A stretch of 64,000 nt of DNA, taken from NCBI GenBank assembly GCA_047285535.1, contig JBJBDC010000001.1, positions 576,136 through 640,135 of the forward strand. Direction: 5' to 3'. This stretch comes from Synechococcus sp. (lineage in GTDB: Bacteria > Cyanobacteriota > Cyanobacteriia > PCC-6307 > Cyanobiaceae). A model generated the notes under the pieces. That model did no database searches and was not told where the DNA came from. It saw nothing but the letters and a program-made list of their open reading frames with translations. A program made the translations under genes and the position numbers. Below are positions 41,948-52,296 of this stretch, one piece after another (positions within the stretch are counted from its first letter, which is position 1; each line of letters begins with the position of its first letter).

Positions 41948-41969
41948 CTAGGCCCAGGCTCTAGGTCCA
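41948..41969 (+). repeat. right boundary motif CTAGGCCCAggctCTAGGTCCA
   Basis: 19/22 identical to 38648-38669; 15 nt upstream of the integrase start codon. Confidence 0.7.
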
Positions 41970-42067
41970 GGCGTCCCTGAAATCAGTTGCTGACAGTGCT
42001 CTTCTGGCTTCTTAGCTACAGACTTTATTGAATTGCAGCATGACAAGTCCGATCCCTCTCTGATCCT

Positions 42068-42298
42068 ATGGACCAAAGTTCCTTCGATCCGAGTCTGCCA
42101 AGTATTCGCTTGTTGCAGATGTGGATTCGTGAACACAGAATTCTCAGCTTGGAATTGCTTGATGGTCGGCGCCTGATTGGTGTTCTGATCTGGCAAGACC
42201 ATCAATGTCTGGCGCTTCAACCAACTGATGCTGACGACCTGGTTTTGGTCAGCCGTGCAGCCATGCTTTTGGTGCGTCCGTTGCCTGCTGGGCTTTGA
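42068..42298 (+). CDS. hfq: cyanobacterial Hfq-related Sm-fold protein
   Basis: FDPSLPSIRLLQMWIR...LLDGRRLIGVLIWQD...LVSRAAM pattern; dapF-hfq-leuS synteny. Confidence 0.88.
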   Translation: MDQSSFDPSLPSIRLLQMWIREHRILSLELLDGRRLIGVLIWQDHQCLALQPTDADDLVLVSRAAMLLVRPLPAGL

Positions 42299-42340
42299 AA
42301 ACGGAATTTATGTCACGATCTGTCCAAATGTTCCCTTGCC

Positions 42341-44944
42341 GTGACGGCTTCCTCGTTCCCATCCGCCAGCACAGCTGCGGCGCCTTGTGATCGTTACCAA
42401 CCCCTTGAAATCGAGGATCGATGGCAAGCGCTGTGGAAGGAACAGCGTCTTTATGAAACGCAGGATCCCAAGCCTGGGCAACGTCCGTTTTATGCCTTGT
42501 CCATGTTCCCGTACCCATCGGGCACGTTGCATATGGGACACGTTCGCAATTACGTCATCACAGATGTAATTGCCCGCGTTCAACGCATGCGTGGTGATGC
42601 CGTTCTTCATCCCATGGGATGGGATTCCTTTGGTTTACCAGCCGAAAATGCTGCCATTGAACGGAAGGTAGAGCCCGGCCTATGGACCGATAGGAATATC
42701 ACCCAGATGCGAGGTCAACTGGGTCGACTCGGGTTGTCGATCGACTGGAATCGAGAGTTGGCTACCTGTCATAGCGATTACTACCGCTGGACCCAATGGC
42801 TCTTCCTGGAACTTCATGCTGGCGGACTTGCTTATCAAAAAGAGGCAACCGTGAACTGGGACCCTGTTGACCAGACGGTTCTTGCCAACGAACAAGTGGA
42901 TGCCGATGGTCGCTCCTGGCGCTCTGGTGCGATCGTTGAACAGCGGGACTTGCGCCAATGGTTTCTGCGCATCACTGACTATGCCGATGCGCTGCTTGAT
43001 GATCTTGATCACCTGCAGGGATGGCCTGATCGGGTGCGCACCATGCAGGCCAATTGGATTGGTCGTTCCACTGGTGCTGAGATTGATTTCCAAGTTGATC
43101 AACATCCAGATCTTTCAATCACTGTGTTCACAACACGTCCAGATACTTTGTATGGAGTGAGCTATCTCGTTTTGGCTCCTGACCATCCGCTTGTATCTCA
43201 ACTTACAACTGAAAATGAATACGTTTCGGTAACTGCGTTCAGAGATTTGATGGCCCAACTTAGTCATGAAGAGCGCACGACTGATGATCAACCCAAACGT
43301 GGTGTGCCAACAGGATCAAGTGCCATTAATCCAGCCAATGGTGAATCAATTCCCATTTGGATCGCAGATTACGTCCTGTCTGATTTTGGAACGGGTGCCG
43401 TGATGGGTGTACCAGCCCATGACACTCGAGATTTCGCCTTCGCTCGGCAACATGAATTGCCCGTGCGCAAGGTCATTCAAGTGCCCGAAGCCGATGAGCA
43501 CGCCAATGATGGTGAAGCCTGGATAGGACCAGGCACCTTGATTCAATCAGCTGGCTTTAACGGCTTGACCAATGAAGAGGCTAAGATATCTATTGTGAAT
43601 CATGGGGCCGAAAATGGTTGGGCTCGAACTAAACGCCAATACAGACTTCGCGATTGGTTGATTTCCAGACAGAGATATTGGGGATGCCCAATTCCGATCA
43701 TTCATTGTGATTCTTGTGGTGCAGTTCCTGTCCCAAAAGAGCAACTACCAGTCAAACTTCCTACCGGGATTGATCTCAACGGTGCAGGCGGTTCCCCACT
43801 TTCTCTAGCTGAGGAATGGGTCAATGTGAGTTGTCCCAAATGTGGAAAAAATGCTCGTCGTGAGACAGACACCATGGACACGTTCATGTGTTCATCTTGG
43901 TACTTCTTGCGATTTGCAGATCCTCACAACAAGGAACTGCCATTTGACTCCAAAACAGTCAGAGATTGGTTACCAGTTAACCAATATGTTGGCGGAATCG
44001 AACATGCAATACTTCATTTACTGTATGCACGTTTCTTCACCAAGGCGCTCAAAGATCGCGATCTTCTAGATGTGAATGAACCTTTTGAACGCTTGCTGAC
44101 ACAAGGCATGGTGCAGGGCATTACTTACAAGAACCCTCGAACTGGTCGTTATGTCTCCACTCCCACGCTGATCGATGAAGCAGATCCGCGAGACCCGGAT
44201 GACGGAGGCCCCTTGGATGTGCTCTTTGAAAAAATGTCGAAGTCGAAGCATAACGGTGTTGATCCAGCATCTGTTATTGATCGTTATGGCGCTGATACAG
44301 CTCGTATGTTCATCCTTTTCAAAGCTCCTCCAGAAAAGGATTTGGAATGGGATGATGCCGATGTAGAGGGGCAATTTCGATTTTTGCAGCGTCTCTGGAG
44401 ACTTGTCGCCTCGGAGATCAATCAAGAAGACACGATCAATCCAACAAAAGAAGCAGACACAGAGATCAGGAGAGCAGTGCATCAAGCCATTCAGGCTGTT
44501 AGCGAGGATCTCAGTGGCGAATTTCAGTTCAACACAGCCATTGCTGAGCTGATGAAGCTCAGTAATGCCCTCTCTTCAGGCCTTCAACAGGCCTCAGATG
44601 GAGTTCGCAAAGAGGCAATGTCGGTACTCATCCGCTTGTTGGCTCCATTTGCACCACATCTCGCTGAGGAGTTTTGGCGACTCCTTGGCAGTGAAGAGAG
44701 CGTTCATCTTCAGCCCTGGCCGGAGCTCGATCCAAAAGCGCTCGTCAAGGAGTCGATTGATGTTGTGATTCAAGTCAAGGGAAAAGTTCGCGGATCGATT
44801 TCGGTAGCAGTCGATTGCTCGAGGGAAGAATTGGAGCGCTTGGCTCTTGCCAGCGATGTTGCTCAGCGTTGGTTAGGTGGGACCCCCCCAAAAAGAGTGA
44901 TTGTTGTTCCTGGGAAGCTCGTCAACTTGGTGCCGAGCACCTAA
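42341..44944 (+). CDS. leuS: leucine--tRNA ligase
   Basis: [20 protein letters not shown] editing domain, [16 protein letters not shown]. Confidence 0.99.
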   Translation: MTASSFPSASTAAAPCDRYQPLEIEDRWQALWKEQRLYETQDPKPGQRPFYALSMFPYPSGTLHMGHVRNYVITDVIARVQRMRGDAVLHPMGWDSFGLPAENAAIERKVEPGLWTDRNITQMRGQLGRLGLSIDWNRELATCHSDYYRWTQWLFLELHAGGLAYQKEATVNWDPVDQTVLANEQVDADGRSWRSGAIVEQRDLRQWFLRITDYADALLDDLDHLQGWPDRVRTMQANWIGRSTGAEIDFQVDQHPDLSITVFTTRPDTLYGVSYLVLAPDHPLVSQLTTENEYVSVTAFRDLMAQLSHEERTTDDQPKRGVPTGSSAINPANGESIPIWIADYVLSDFGTGAVMGVPAHDTRDFAFARQHELPVRKVIQVPEADEHANDGEAWIGPGTLIQSAGFNGLTNEEAKISIVNHGAENGWARTKRQYRLRDWLISRQRYWGCPIPIIHCDSCGAVPVPKEQLPVKLPTGIDLNGAGGSPLSLAEEWVNVSCPKCGKNARRETDTMDTFMCSSWYFLRFADPHNKELPFDSKTVRDWLPVNQYVGGIEHAILHLLYARFFTKALKDRDLLDVNEPFERLLTQGMVQGITYKNPRTGRYVSTPTLIDEADPRDPDDGGPLDVLFEKMSKSKHNGVDPASVIDRYGADTARMFILFKAPPEKDLEWDDADVEGQFRFLQRLWRLVASEINQEDTINPTKEADTEIRRAVHQAIQAVSEDLSGEFQFNTAIAELMKLSNALSSGLQQASDGVRKEAMSVLIRLLAPFAPHLAEEFWRLLGSEESVHLQPWPELDPKALVKESIDVVIQVKGKVRGSISVAVDCSREELERLALASDVAQRWLGGTPPKRVIVVPGKLVNLVPST

Positions 44945-44948
44945 AAGT

Positions 44949-46547
44949 TCAGCTTTTGCTGAAGCGCAAGGATGCTGGTCTGTCCCAGCTTCCCTGTGCC
45001 AGATATCCACGATTGTTGGCTGTGAGGTGTCTAAGGATCCAAAAAATTGCCTCATTGGTCCCTGATCCAATCGCCTGCTGGATTTCCGCAGCCGATCTTG
45101 ATCCACCATCGGATAGAACCTCTTCCACCTGCCCTTGCAAGTTAATGACCGCTGCTGCCGCTTTTTTCCCTGCTTCGACACCCGGCTGATGATAGGCATT
45201 CACATTGACCAGTTCCCCGTAAAAACCAACTGCCCGCTCAAATAATGCAATCAATGCACCTAAACGACGGGCATCAAAGTTTCGCATACTGATACTTAAA
45301 CTTTGTCGTCCACCTTCAGTCAGAGCTGAACGAGTTCCTTGAAGAAAACCATCGAGGAAATCTCCAGGCCGCTCTCCATTGATTGGTGGGATCTCTTCTA
45401 CATCACGCAGCACTTCAATGAAAGTGACGAAAAAGTTATCGATTCCATCACGGAGTTGTTGCACATAGGCGTGTTGGTCAGTTGAGCCCTTATTTCCATA
45501 CACAGCAATACCCTGGTGGACTTCATCGCCATTACGGTCGAGGCGCTTGCCAAGCGATTCCATCACTAATTGCTGTAAGTAACGGCTAAAGACTTCGAGT
45601 CGATCTCGATAAGGAAGGACCACCATATCCCGCTTCCCTTTGCCTTCACCAGCGACATACCAAGACGCAGCCATGAGTGCTGAGGGATTTTTCCGCACAT
45701 CAGAGGCGCGGGTTGCTTCATCCATTTGCGCTGCTCCTGCAAGAAAACCACGAATGTCGCAACCGATCAATGCACCGGGCAGAAGGCCTACGGCACTCGT
45801 GATGCTTGTTCGACCGCCAATCCAGTCGAACATGTCAAACCGTTTAAGCCAATTCTCCTTTTGAGCCTGCTGATCGAGCTTGCTTCCGGCCATCGTGACA
45901 ACCACAGATTGCTCAGGCCAGATACCACCGGTTGATTCGAGTCGGTGTCTGGCTTGTTCCATCCCGAGGTGGGGTTCTGGTGTTCCACCAGACTTACTGA
46001 CAGTGATGACCAGAGTGGTGAGTAGTCGGTCTCCAAGACCTGAAAGCACCCGGTTCATGCCATTTGGATCGACATTGTCGAAAAAATGAAATGGCAGACC
46101 AACGTCTTGCTCCTGCAACGCTCGGATCATGAGCAGGGGGCCAAGCGCACTGCCACCAATTCCAATCCACAAAACGTCAGTAAAACTCTCTCCATTCGGC
46201 GCCTTAATCGATCCATCAAGAATGGCCTTGCCAAACTCATCGATGGCGTCGATTTCCTCAGAAATGCTCAAACCAACCTTGTGATCGGGAGCAAGTGGCG
46301 GATGACGTAACCAATAGTGCCCAACTTGTCGTTCTTCATCGGGGTTTGCGATGGCGCCTCCCTCAAGAGCCTCCATCGCTTTGAAGGCCTGCTCCAGTCG
46401 AGGAGTGAGTGTCTCGAGATCAGAGCTATTGAGGTGCATCCGACTGACATCAAGCCATATGCCGAGATCATCGTGATACCAAAGCAAATCGCAGAAGCGT
46501 TGCCATTGGGTCTGGCTATCGATGGCGCTGAAATCCGGGAAGCTCAT
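44949..46547 (-). CDS. pgi: glucose-6-phosphate isomerase
   Basis: IGIGGSALG, SKSGGTPE, GGRTS, QQLVMESLGK, QPGVEAGK. Confidence 0.98.
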   Translation of the reverse strand: MSFPDFSAIDSQTQWQRFCDLLWYHDDLGIWLDVSRMHLNSSDLETLTPRLEQAFKAMEALEGGAIANPDEERQVGHYWLRHPPLAPDHKVGLSISEEIDAIDEFGKAILDGSIKAPNGESFTDVLWIGIGGSALGPLLMIRALQEQDVGLPFHFFDNVDPNGMNRVLSGLGDRLLTTLVITVSKSGGTPEPHLGMEQARHRLESTGGIWPEQSVVVTMAGSKLDQQAQKENWLKRFDMFDWIGGRTSITSAVGLLPGALIGCDIRGFLAGAAQMDEATRASDVRKNPSALMAASWYVAGEGKGKRDMVVLPYRDRLEVFSRYLQQLVMESLGKRLDRNGDEVHQGIAVYGNKGSTDQHAYVQQLRDGIDNFFVTFIEVLRDVEEIPPINGERPGDFLDGFLQGTRSALTEGGRQSLSISMRNFDARRLGALIALFERAVGFYGELVNVNAYHQPGVEAGKKAAAAVINLQGQVEEVLSDGGSRSAAEIQQAIGSGTNEAIFWILRHLTANNRGYLAQGSWDRPASLRFSKS

Positions 46548-46651
46548 CTCTTGCGAGAATTTTCATCTCTGAACTTATCCGTGATTCTCCGAGTTGCCCA
46601 TGAATTGGAATATCGCGGTTATTCTCTCCGCAACATCGTGAACTGTGTTGA

Positions 46652-47428
46652 GTGAGTCTTTTTGGACGTCAGTTAATGGTCATGGCAGGAGCTCTGGGCT
46701 TCCTTTGTTTGTCCGTGTCCTACTTACGCAGCACTGCACAACTGCCATCGATCGATGCTGAGATCCAGACGCAACCCTTTCAGGGAGATCCAAGCGTCTT
46801 CAGCCCAGAGGAGCTTCATCTCCTTCAGCGTCGGTTTGGGGTCCATGGTCCTCAGACTCAACTTGCTCAATTATTTACCCGTGGTGTTGATCAGTTCCAA
46901 CCCCTACGAACGAAAACAGTCAACCGACTCCAAGCTCTTAAGCCGGTCATCAAGCGAGAAGCTCGCCGCCATCATGTCAATCCGATGTTGATCACAGCCA
47001 TTTTGTTCGATGAAATACAGCATTCCAAACCAGGCGAAGACCTGCCTTTTGTTGTGCACTCGGGCTTAGTGTCAACGCATGGTCCAGCTCAACTCGGGAT
47101 AAGTGAGTTGATTCATCAAGGAAGGCTGCCTCAAAAGCCATCAAGGATTGAAATTGCACAAGCTAGAAATTTATTAATGAATTCTGAAGCCAATGTTGAA
47201 TTGCTTGCGGCTAAATTAGCCCGCTTAAAAAGAGAACTTGGACTTCCCTCTGATCAAATTCTTATAGCCAGTCGATCCTATATTGATGCGAAGGCAATAT
47301 CGACACTGGCCTATCTTCACAACGGCAAACTTGATTATCCCAGGCGTGTGCACCGTTACATGCAAGATACTGAGTTGCATGGTTTGATCTATTCAGAACG
47401 ACGCACAGTGATGCAGCCACTGGTTTAG
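46652..47428 (+). CDS. membrane-anchored hypothetical protein, possible lysozyme/SLT-like fold
   Basis: N-terminal hydrophobic helix; HHVNPMLITAILFDE, GPAQLG, ANVELLAAKL, YLHNG. Function inferred only. Confidence 0.7.
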   Translation: MSLFGRQLMVMAGALGFLCLSVSYLRSTAQLPSIDAEIQTQPFQGDPSVFSPEELHLLQRRFGVHGPQTQLAQLFTRGVDQFQPLRTKTVNRLQALKPVIKREARRHHVNPMLITAILFDEIQHSKPGEDLPFVVHSGLVSTHGPAQLGISELIHQGRLPQKPSRIEIAQARNLLMNSEANVELLAAKLARLKRELGLPSDQILIASRSYIDAKAISTLAYLHNGKLDYPRRVHRYMQDTELHGLIYSERRTVMQPLV

Positions 47429-47447
47429 CAGATCTGGATCCTATGCA

Positions 47448-48371
47448 TTAAGAGCAAAGGGTCCCCAGTGCCGCAAGACGAACTTGTAACTGATGCCAAG
47501 CAAAACTTCTTGGATCAGCACGTTCTCCTCCAAGATCAACATGACGATGGGTCGTAATTGCTGCTGGATCAAAACCAAAGCGATCAATCCAGTTATTTAA
47601 AACAAGGGCTAATGAGTCATACTGGGCTTTTGTATATCCACTGTGAGTCGATTGATTATTAGCCCCATCTCGAGGCGTTTCTAAGCTTAAGTGAAGCGCA
47701 AAGTTATTGACTGACCCCTTGATTTTGGGATTTGTCACAGCCCACTCCCCGAGGAAAGCAGAATAGCCAGCCCCATAAGCACGCATCAGAGGATCGACAA
47801 GATCAACAATTTTTCCATCGAGGCCAATCAAGGTGTGATAACTCACTTGGTCTTCATCTCGGGGGTGGGGAGTCATAAAGGTGTTCACCGCCGATTGAAG
47901 TGAATAGACCGTTTCATGCAGAACCACGACTCTTGGATCGGGATTCAGGGATCCTCCCCAAGGATTCGTGCGATAACGCTTTCCGAAATTTGAAGGATCT
48001 GTTGCTACCGATATTCTCCTGTCTTCAAGCGAGCGTTGTTGTGCTTGAAGACGATTTTTGACTTTGGAATCAATGCCAGAACATTGTCTGGCCAGAGGGG
48101 AAGACCACGAGATTGACCTGGGGGGTTTCGGAGGATTGCTTGGATCAACGCTTTGACGCTCTTGAGTTGCGTCATGGCCGACCTCATCAAGCAGATCGAG
48201 GAGAGACGGAGTACTTCTAGCCTTTAATGAACCACTTTGATCATTGCCAAGCCAAGCCAGAACACCAATACCTAACGCAAGACAGCTACTGCCAAGGAGC
48301 AAGGCATTTCCCGGACGCTTGAAGCGATTCCTGAGCTGCTTCCATGTATGAGTCACACGATCGCAAACCAT
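47448..48371 (-). CDS. N-acetylmuramoyl-L-alanine amidase (Amidase_2)
   Basis: VVLHET, VSYHTLIGLDG, RAYGAG, VNNFALHLSLE, ITTHRHVD..RADP. Confidence 0.9.
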   Translation of the reverse strand: MVCDRVTHTWKQLRNRFKRPGNALLLGSSCLALGIGVLAWLGNDQSGSLKARSTPSLLDLLDEVGHDATQERQSVDPSNPPKPPRSISWSSPLARQCSGIDSKVKNRLQAQQRSLEDRRISVATDPSNFGKRYRTNPWGGSLNPDPRVVVLHETVYSLQSAVNTFMTPHPRDEDQVSYHTLIGLDGKIVDLVDPLMRAYGAGYSAFLGEWAVTNPKIKGSVNNFALHLSLETPRDGANNQSTHSGYTKAQYDSLALVLNNWIDRFGFDPAAITTHRHVDLGGERADPRSFAWHQLQVRLAALGTLCS

Positions 48372-50050
48372 CGATCACGTAGGTCTTTTTGAAAAGATGT
48401 AGCCCTAGCGTCCCAGGCGATGTCCCAACGTTCCACAACTGGATCGTTTTTCTTCAGGATTGTGGAACCAAGCCGTCCGCGACGTGCATATAGAACTGGC
48501 ATTTCTTCAGGACCTTGCAACAGCGATTGCCAATGTTCGAGCCCCCTAAGCTTCCAATGATGAGCTCCGATCACTTCATCCCCTGGAACAAGTCCAGCCT
48601 GTTCAGCAGGACCTAAAGGATTCACTTGCTTGATTACAATTTTGCCATTTTGCTCAGCAAGTTGCATTCCTGCATCAGCCAATTGCGACTGAACAGCAAT
48701 TGTTTGAAGGCCAATCGCGCCTAAACAGTCTTGAATCGGAAGAGCGACTCTATTTTCAAGCCATGAAGGAAGATTCCCAGCTACAATTTCGCTATGACGA
48801 CTGATAACATCAACTATATCTGATGATTCATAGCCCTTCCTAGGAATCCCAAAGTGTTCCCAAAGATCTCTTAAAACATTTGAGAGTGAGGAACCTGCTT
48901 GCCTTAATTGTACATCTAGGCAAAAGGCTAATACAGTACCGAGTCGATAATAGCTGATCTGGGAACTAGAGTTTGCAGGTGTTTGCTTGTACAGTCTTAA
49001 CCATGCTTCACGAGAGCTGTCGGCCAAGGATTGAATCTCTCGTCCTGGATTGAGAAGTACATGAGAAACATCCTTCCCTAAGTCCTCAAGGAAAGTTTGT
49101 CGATCCGACTGACCTGCCAAAAGAGTCAAGGCTAAATCAAAATAACTAGTGATTCCTTCGGCAAACCAAAGTCCATCACTAATTTGGGCTTGATCGTATC
49201 GATATGGAATATAGGCACTAGGCCGGAGCCTGCGCACATTCCATTGATGAAAATATTCATGACCAATCAGTTGCAAAAGCTGTCTATATCCATCCTTTTT
49301 TGTTAATTTCTCCCAAGGAAATTGTAAAACTGCTGAGTTATCATGTTCTAGGCCGCCATATCCTTGATCTAATAGTTGAATTACCAATTGATAGCAATCA
49401 CCAGCAGGTGGTGGGGTCTTCATCAACCGACAGGCGGCTTGACAAACGTCTTGTATATCTGATTCCAGGGTCAGCGGCCAACCCATGGGAGGCTCACCAA
49501 TAAGGAGTACTTCATGTTGATAGCCACAAACAGAGAAGGGTCGAGCCTGGAACGGACCAGCATGAACAGGTGAATCAACAAGATGGTCGAAATCTTTTGC
49601 CTCGTATACCTCGTTCTTGCAAGGAAGAGGCAAATGCACTAACCAATCAGAAGGCAAAGACAACTGCAGATAATGGGGATTCCATCGTTCTCCTTCGATC
49701 AGCATGACAACAGCAGGAAGACATAGTGATGCAAAGTCTGGATCGAGATAATTGGTGCGGACCGTTAAAAGTCTCGCTTCCAATATGTAACTCAAGCGAA
49801 TGGAGTCCAAGCTAGGCAACTCCACATCCCAACGCGATGGTTCAACTCGTCTTGGCCGAACAACTCGTCCTGCTTGCTGAAGTTCTAGGCTATGAAGATG
49901 CTGTGCGTGGTCACGAACGGTGTATGAGCCAGGTGTCCAAACGGGCAAAATCCAGCTTTGGTGATGAACACGAGGTATCCACTCCAGTTGCACCTTGAGT
50001 TCCTGGCGTTCTGGTTGGCAAAGATCAATTGATATTTTGACGCCGCTCAT
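48353..50050 (-). CDS. M61 family metallopeptidase with PDZ domain
   Basis: WTPGSY, GGLEH, HEYFHQWNVRRLRP, LWFAEGITSY, C-terminal PDZ (GPAEQAGLVPGD). Confidence 0.93.
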   Translation of the reverse strand: MSGVKISIDLCQPERQELKVQLEWIPRVHHQSWILPVWTPGSYTVRDHAQHLHSLELQQAGRVVRPRRVEPSRWDVELPSLDSIRLSYILEARLLTVRTNYLDPDFASLCLPAVVMLIEGERWNPHYLQLSLPSDWLVHLPLPCKNEVYEAKDFDHLVDSPVHAGPFQARPFSVCGYQHEVLLIGEPPMGWPLTLESDIQDVCQAACRLMKTPPPAGDCYQLVIQLLDQGYGGLEHDNSAVLQFPWEKLTKKDGYRQLLQLIGHEYFHQWNVRRLRPSAYIPYRYDQAQISDGLWFAEGITSYFDLALTLLAGQSDRQTFLEDLGKDVSHVLLNPGREIQSLADSSREAWLRLYKQTPANSSSQISYYRLGTVLAFCLDVQLRQAGSSLSNVLRDLWEHFGIPRKGYESSDIVDVISRHSEIVAGNLPSWLENRVALPIQDCLGAIGLQTIAVQSQLADAGMQLAEQNGKIVIKQVNPLGPAEQAGLVPGDEVIGAHHWKLRGLEHWQSLLQGPEEMPVLYARRGRLGSTILKKNDPVVERWDIAWDARATSFQKDLRDRWFAIV

Positions 50051-50421
50051 TCGCAAATGGCTGGATCGATCTGCTGTTGATCAACCGTCCTCAATACAGG
50101 GTTGAATGTCAGCCCATCTGCAGAACGTAGTGCTGACCTCAGGGCATAAGCCCGCAGAATTTTTTGCAATTGAACTTGATGACGCGCTGAATTTCTGCTC
50201 TGAGCGAGATCCACCATCAAAGCCAACGATCCATGGCTATCCCATCTCCAGCCCATCTGCAATCCACGCGAATCCGTTGCCACCAGTTCTGCTGGATAGA
50301 CCTCTTGGCTAAAGGCTTTGATCAGCCCAGGACGTTGCACCAAGTACTGCTGGGACAACAGAGTTTCCTCAAGAAGCTCAAGGTCTGTAATGACGGTTGG
50401 CAGGATGGTCAGGTGGGACAT
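50047..50421 (-). CDS. DUF1257 (Ycf35-like) protein
   Basis: MSHLTILPTVITDLELL, MGWRW, ILRAYA. Confidence 0.8.
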   Translation of the reverse strand: MSHLTILPTVITDLELLEETLLSQQYLVQRPGLIKAFSQEVYPAELVATDSRGLQMGWRWDSHGSLALMVDLAQSRNSARHQVQLQKILRAYALRSALRSADGLTFNPVLRTVDQQQIDPAICE

Positions 50422-50430
50422 GATCATTTG

Positions 50431-51126
50431 ATGCCCGAGCCTTTGAACCATAGCCATTTTGTTCAGGATTCACTCAAGACCACTGCAGACCTGATCGCCC
50501 CTTCCATACAGGAATGGCCTCAATTTCATCCAGAGCTCCGATTAGGAGTAATGGCATCAGGTAGCGGTAGTAATTTCGAGGCTATTCATGATGCCATTTC
50601 AGCGAAAATGCTTAAGGCCGAGATCCGTCAGCTTGTTGTTAATAATCAAGGTTGTGGAGCTGAAAAAAGAGCCGAGCGTTTGAAGATCCCATGCAACTTA
50701 ATTGATCATCGTAAGTTTGAAAATAGAGAGAAACTCGATCAAGAACTAGTCAAGACATTTTTGCAGGCTGATGTGGAGTTGGTTGTTATGGCAGGCTGGA
50801 TGAGGATTGTCACGCCAGTTCTGATCGAAGCCTTTCCCAACAGGTTGCTCAACATTCATCCATCACTTCTTCCTAGCTTCAAGGGGCTGGATGCCATTGG
50901 TCAAGCTCTTCAAGCGTCTGTACGTGTCAGTGGCTGCACGGCGCACTTAGTGGAAGTTGATGTGGATGAGGGGCCGATTCTTGTTCAAGCAGCCGTTCCA
51001 GTTCGTGCCAATGACACACCGTCCTCTTTGGCTCAACGAATTCATTCCCAGGAGCACCGCATTTTGCCATGGGCCATTGCTATTGCCGGAGCGAAATGGC
51101 GGGGAATCAAGATGGACTTGGGCTGA
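50431..51126 (+). CDS. purN: phosphoribosylglycinamide formyltransferase
   Basis: MASGSGSNFEAI, MAGWMRI, LNIHPSLLP, GCTAH.V...VDEGPI. Confidence 0.96.
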   Translation: MPEPLNHSHFVQDSLKTTADLIAPSIQEWPQFHPELRLGVMASGSGSNFEAIHDAISAKMLKAEIRQLVVNNQGCGAEKRAERLKIPCNLIDHRKFENREKLDQELVKTFLQADVELVVMAGWMRIVTPVLIEAFPNRLLNIHPSLLPSFKGLDAIGQALQASVRVSGCTAHLVEVDVDEGPILVQAAVPVRANDTPSSLAQRIHSQEHRILPWAIAIAGAKWRGIKMDLG

Positions 51127-51131
51127 TGACG

Positions 51132-52196
51132 TCAAGGGTAAAAAGGTGAAAGTGCCAATCCTGTCTCTTCAGGAAAACCAGCCATCAGGTTGAGACATTG
51201 AATCCCCTGAGCTGCTTGTCCTTTCATCAAATTATCAATGGCGCTCATCAGCACCAGCCTGCCAGTTCTTTTATCCACCTGAACCGACAAAAAAGCTCGA
51301 TTGGTGTGTTTGGCCCACTTCGTGGCTGGATAGGTCCCAACAGGCAAAACCATTACACACTTGTGATGCCTGTAAAAACTTTCTAGGACGGTCGTGCAGT
51401 CTTCTGCAGTGAGACCTGGATCGCGCAATCTCGCATAAACGGTTGAGAGCAAACCACGCACCATTGGCACGAGATGAGGGGTGAATTGCAATTGAATTGC
51501 ACACCCAGCGACTTCACTTGCCATCTGTTCGATTTCCGATGTATGGCGATGGCCCACAACTCCGTAGGGAGTGATCGATTCAGAGGCTTCCGCCAACAGC
51601 AGATGCTCCTTGGCAGCGCGACCACCTCCCGATGTACCTGTTTTGGCATCAATGATCACACCATCCTGCTCTATGAGACCTTGCTTGAGAAAGGGCAATA
51701 GAGGTAGCAAGCTGGCAGTGGGGAAGCATCCAGGTGCTGCCACCAGTCGAGCCATTGCGATTTCAGGAGCATTCCACTCAGGCAATCCGTATACCGCCTC
51801 AGAGCACAGTGCAGCATCCTCTCGATGACAAAGGCGAGCTTCCTGGGCATAAACATTCGACCACTTCTCAAGCGAGCGATATCGGTAATCAGCAGAGAGA
51901 TCAACCACACGCACCCCTCGTTCCAAGAGGTTGGGCACTAAGCCGCTGGCCAGCCCATTAGGAAGGCTGAGCAAGGCCACATCAGCCCGATCGGCGATTC
52001 TGGCTGGATCAGGACTCTCTACCCGAAGATCATCTGCAAGCGGCAAAAAGGGGCAGAGCTCACTCCAACGCTTACCAGCACTCCGCTCACCACCGAGCAT
52101 GGTGATTTCAAAATTTGGATGAGACTGCAACAGCCTCAGGCTTTGCAAGCCCCCATAACCGGATGCTCCGATTACCGCAACTCGATTGATTGCCAT
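51132..52196 (-). CDS. argC: N-acetyl-gamma-glutamyl-phosphate reductase
   Basis: VIGASGYGG, DLSADYR, APGCFPT, SGGGR, FTPHLVP, IDNLMKG. Confidence 0.97.
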   Translation of the reverse strand: MAINRVAVIGASGYGGLQSLRLLQSHPNFEITMLGGERSAGKRWSELCPFLPLADDLRVESPDPARIADRADVALLSLPNGLASGLVPNLLERGVRVVDLSADYRYRSLEKWSNVYAQEARLCHREDAALCSEAVYGLPEWNAPEIAMARLVAAPGCFPTASLLPLLPFLKQGLIEQDGVIIDAKTGTSGGGRAAKEHLLLAEASESITPYGVVGHRHTSEIEQMASEVAGCAIQLQFTPHLVPMVRGLLSTVYARLRDPGLTAEDCTTVLESFYRHHKCVMVLPVGTYPATKWAKHTNRAFLSVQVDKRTGRLVLMSAIDNLMKGQAAQGIQCLNLMAGFPEETGLALSPFYP

Positions 52197-52296
52197 CACT
52201 GAGCAGAAAGATCGGCTGATCGTACTGGCGTCGATCATGATGAGTGCTTGTTGGATACCTAGAACGCTGAGCGATACAGCCAAAGCTGTCGAGCCC

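Larger units (their letters stand above)
38648..41969. mobile_element. decayed integrative element / small genomic island between dapF and hfq
   Basis: Interrupts the dapF-hfq neighbourhood; holds an integrase pseudogene, stop-riddled gene remnants and AT-rich cargo; near-identical 22-nt motifs at both ends. Confidence 0.8.

Noticed and set aside
50233..50430. N-terminal extensions of purN (similarly argC, ribBA, PHP, DUF3370, mtnP) in the ORF track
   Set aside because: Longest-ORF artefacts overlapping neighbouring genes; downstream starts fit the family N-termini
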